Assembly: GCA_013265495.1 (NCBI GenBank)
Contig: MU058793.1
Location: forward strand, 1 to 64,000
Reading direction: 5' to 3'
Length of the DNA stretch: 64,000 nt
Source of the DNA: Vicugna vicugna
Taxonomy: Eukaryota
Shown here: positions 60,630-64,000 of the stretch, in pieces
Layout of the letters: every line of letters begins with the position of its first letter
How positions within the stretch are numbered: the first letter of the stretch is position 1
Program-made: the position numbers and the translations under genes
Notes under the pieces: model-generated
Seen by the model: only the letters and a program-made list of their open reading frames with translations
What the model was told of the DNA's origin: nothing
Databases searched by the model: none

Positions 60630-60850
60630 TGACTTGTAGAACAGACTCTGGAATTAGACCACTTAGATACGTCCACCGGGAAAGTTATTCCACCTCCCTA
60701 AGCCTCAATTTCTGTATTAGTTAAGTGGCATCGATAACAATACCACTCTTCCACAGTTGTGAGCATGAACGGAGATAAAGGTTTTAAAAGCACTTAGTGC
60801 TGTGCTAGATAAACAGAAATAACTCATTAAAAGCGAGCTATGTATTATAC
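60630..60850 (+). mobile_element. MIR SINE
   Basis: cagactctggaattagacc...ccctaagcctcaatttctg...ttttaaaagcacttagtgctgtgc. Confidence 0.6.
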
Positions 60851-62259
60851 AGGGCTTTGGTTTTTAAAAGCAAAAACTTAATGACATTATTCGCGTTGTT
60901 CTAAAACTTGCTTTTTTAAACTCATTTCTCATTAGTGTATACACGCCTACCTCATCCTTTCTAAACTGCTGCATAATATTAAAGGACTACGATTTGCTCT
61001 CAAATTACATCCTTCTGATATTTTTATTTTATATTATGAAAGTAATGAAGCTTGTCATTTGGGAGCCAGCACTGTTCCCAAGTGGGTCAACACAATCCCA
61101 GGAGGCTAATAATAATGACAGCAAGAAGAACACGAATCATTTAATGAACTCCAACCGTATTCCAGGCATTGTGTTGGTGGCTTTGTATATCTTACTTCTA
61201 GTTCTCATTACACTGTTCTGCCTATGCTGAAATGATCTCAAGTGTAGATGGTCCTGTCTGGGCGAATGGTGTCTACAAGCTGGCAGGCAGTTCTTGGCAT
61301 TCTGGAGAGCTCTCCATTCCAAAAGCAATTCACTAAGCCATGGATCAGTCCTTGATGAGATCTACCAGTCTTGGTTTGCTCATTTCTTTTGCCAAATTTA
61401 GGTCCAAAGGAGTGGAGAAGAAAGGATGGAGGGAAAGCACCTAGTGAATGGGGACTTGGAGATAATCCACTTCTTTCTCTAACGCTAACCTTAACCTTCT
61501 AGTTTCAAGGGTGAAGCTGAGAAGCAGAATCTTTTTAAATGAGTGAGATTTTACCTAGACACAAATCAACAGAAATATAGACAAAAGGCAAACAAATCTT
61601 AAAACCATCTGCTGTTGTCCCAATCTCTAGGGTGGAAAAGGGGGAGTGTTCCTGTTCAGAGGAAAGTTCAGTTTTCCAACACTCTCAGTAAGAAGCTGTT
61701 CATGTTGAATATAAACAAATTGGAGCAGGGACAGTTCAATAGCCCACAGGTTCCCGAGGAGACTGGGGCCTCCTTCTCTATCTAGTCAGAGGGAGGAAAA
61801 GCACATTTACCATGAAATCTTAGTAGAACTGAGTTCCTGTGCTCTTGTTCTATTGTCCCAGAAAGCAGATTGTCTATAATATGAAGTAAGCTGGGTGTTG
61901 TCCTGACTATCGTTAAAAATAGTTACAAATTCTGGGACAGGCCTGCCCCTACTCAGGTTACTCACCAGTCCTTATAAAAAATATAGAGAAATAAGAGCCC
62001 ACTACCATCTTACTTTTCAAATAGTAGATACTGAATTTATATGTTGGTATCTAAATTCAAACTCCTGACATATAATCTGGTTGCATCAGCCAGCTTTATA
62101 TTTAAAGCTTATAGGTTTCAACTACTTTCAGTGAAAGTCTGATGAACAAAGACACTCTCATTACACAGTGACATTTTCCTGGAGTAGCCCAGGCCCTAAG
62201 AAAAGGAATTTTCCCAGAGGCCCCTTGTCAAGAGTTCATTTTGTTGTTGTTGTTGCCTG

Positions 62260-62470
62260 GAATTATATTTATCTTTTTATCTTTTAAAAATTCTTCCAAG
62301 TCCTCCCAGCCACATTTATGTCCCCTTGACCCCATGAAATCCTACCCATCTACTACAACCCACTGATCTCTTTTTTTGATTCGTTCCTACAAGTGCCATA
62401 TTCTGAGCAACATCATTTGAGACATTCACCCTTTCCCTCATTGGTATTGCTTTGTTGGATTGTAAGTGCC
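62260..62470 (-). mobile_element. old L1ME-type fragment
   Basis: caacccactgatctc...gacattcaccctttccc...ttgttggattgtaagtg; weak. Confidence 0.4.
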
Positions 62471-64000
62471 TTGGAAATAATAATGGTTTATCATTTTCCT
62501 TCTATATCCATTATGAGTCCTAGAATAATCTTGAGTGCATAGACTGGGCTCAGTAAACACTCATAGGCTGTCATCCGTAGTCAATAACAACAGAAAAATC
62601 TCAACCAGGAAGAAGAAAAACAATGTTCACTTTGCGTTTCTTCTTAATCCAATAATGAAATCCTTAGGCAAATGCTTTCTTTGTTTCTACATAGAAAACA
62701 ATCGGGTGATGGAATTTCAAGAAAAGATATCCTTTATTTGGTGTTTCGCTGGGTTTTCTCAATTCTTACAACCCATGACTTGAAATGGGCCAGGTTAGTA
62801 AATATTTGCCAATTTAAATATGACCTCTAAGTAGAGCCTCTTGTAAAGAGCAAACTCAGATGCTAGTAAACTTCGGATGAGAAAACGAAAGTGGAGAGAG
62901 AAATGATGTGTATAAAGCAGTCTTTACTAAATGCAGTTGGAGTTATTTGTAAAAGAAAAGGTTTTGGTGGTCAAATAAGGCTTGAGAAACCATAATTAAA
63001 AGAAGTTATGTGTATTTCTTCATTGCAAGATTCCTCCATACCTTTAATATGCTCATCACCTTCAGGAGAGGAAGTTAACATGCAGCATTTCAGTTTCTCT
63101 ACCAACCCTCTCTCCATGGAGTATCTCTGGGTCTAGAATTTCCAAAGTCGTATTTTTGGACCTCTGCTCCATGGTCACGTATTTGGTATGAAGCCCTGCA
63201 CTGAGGCCTTCTGACCAAACACAGGTTACCTGTCTCCCAAGACAGCAGAAATCCTGGTTCCCACTCACTCCACCTCCATCACCTGCCTTTGCAGAATCCT
63301 CTACTATGGTAACAACAGCGTGTTCAGGAGAACTCTCTTCAGCTAGAGCGACTCTTCTACTAAGCCTGTTTATTTCACAGATTGATCACAGAATGCCATA
63401 ATAAATCCTGTTCCTCAGTCATCATTACAGCATCGACATATAGTAAATATGCCACTGTACAATAATCCAGTCAGCAAATGAGACAAGTGGTTAGGCTTGC
63501 CAAACATGAAACTCTTGCTCTCAGAGCCCAGATACCAGTTACCCAGGCATAGAATGGGGGAAGGGCTAGTTAATAATTGACAGCAAAACAAACAGAAAAA
63601 TCCTGAAGTTTCCCATTGAGTTTAAGGTAAAATGTGTTACTATGATATTGCTAAAAACAAACCCAAAGTTATTATTTTAGGCTGAATTGACACAAGTACA
63701 TATGCAGAAGTTCAACGACTTTCCCAGGGTCGCACTCAAGAATACAGCGCAGGGCAAGATGAGGGGCTGCCCACTGTCGGCTGGTCAGACTGCTAATTCA
63801 GAGTCCGGTGATCAGCTGTGAGTCCTATATTCTAAGAAGTCAGGTGACAATTTTCAAAGTGTGAAGAGGTGAGTGAGGGCAACCAAAATAAGGTTTTGCA
63901 AGGAGCAGGAGAGCTGGTACTATTTACATATGTGTTAGGCTGTCCTGGGAGTTGCCTTCTGACCTGAGCTCTAAGCACAGAGCCAGTGGGTGGATGATAC

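Noticed and set aside
63062-63400. Start-less minus frame extending ORF 63062..63268 to about 110 codons
   Set aside because: Weak acceptor and no recognisable product; insufficient to call an exon.
1-64000. CRISPR arrays, operons or prokaryotic defence systems
   Set aside because: Sequence is mammalian; no regularly spaced repeat-spacer array or dense ORF structure is present.

Overview
Mammalian non-coding DNA, most likely camelid: a tRNA-derived SINE of the camel/alpaca type lies at 14704-14845 and a cetartiodactyl-type L1 tail at about 18620-18800. I cannot support any protein-coding gene, RNA gene or CRISPR array. The supplied ORFs are chance ORFs, artefacts of N-runs or microsatellites, or decayed L1 ORF2 pieces. 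The window is a mosaic of old eutherian repeats (MIR, L2, L1M, MaLR MLT1 solo LTRs, hAT MITEs MER5A/MER58B/MER33/MER81), a few younger lineage-specific insertions with target-site duplications (TSDs), repeat-poor CpG-retaining patches, and 13 N-runs of 128-404 bp. The most interesting observations are: (1) a 337-bp element with a perfect TSD, made of an L1 5' end joined directly to an L1 3' end, a possible non-autonomous mini-L1; (2) a 68-nt pre-miRNA-shaped hairpin built from CA/TG-type sequence; (3) a CTCF motif beside a candidate 47-nt exon ending in Kozak-ATG-AAG|GTAAGT; (4) CpG-dense patches that start at minus-strand splice acceptors, hinting at an antisense spliced transcript; (5) signs that the N-runs are length-preserving masks. 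Repeat family names come from my recall of consensus sequences, not from a database search, and boundaries of old repeats are approximate (tens of bp).
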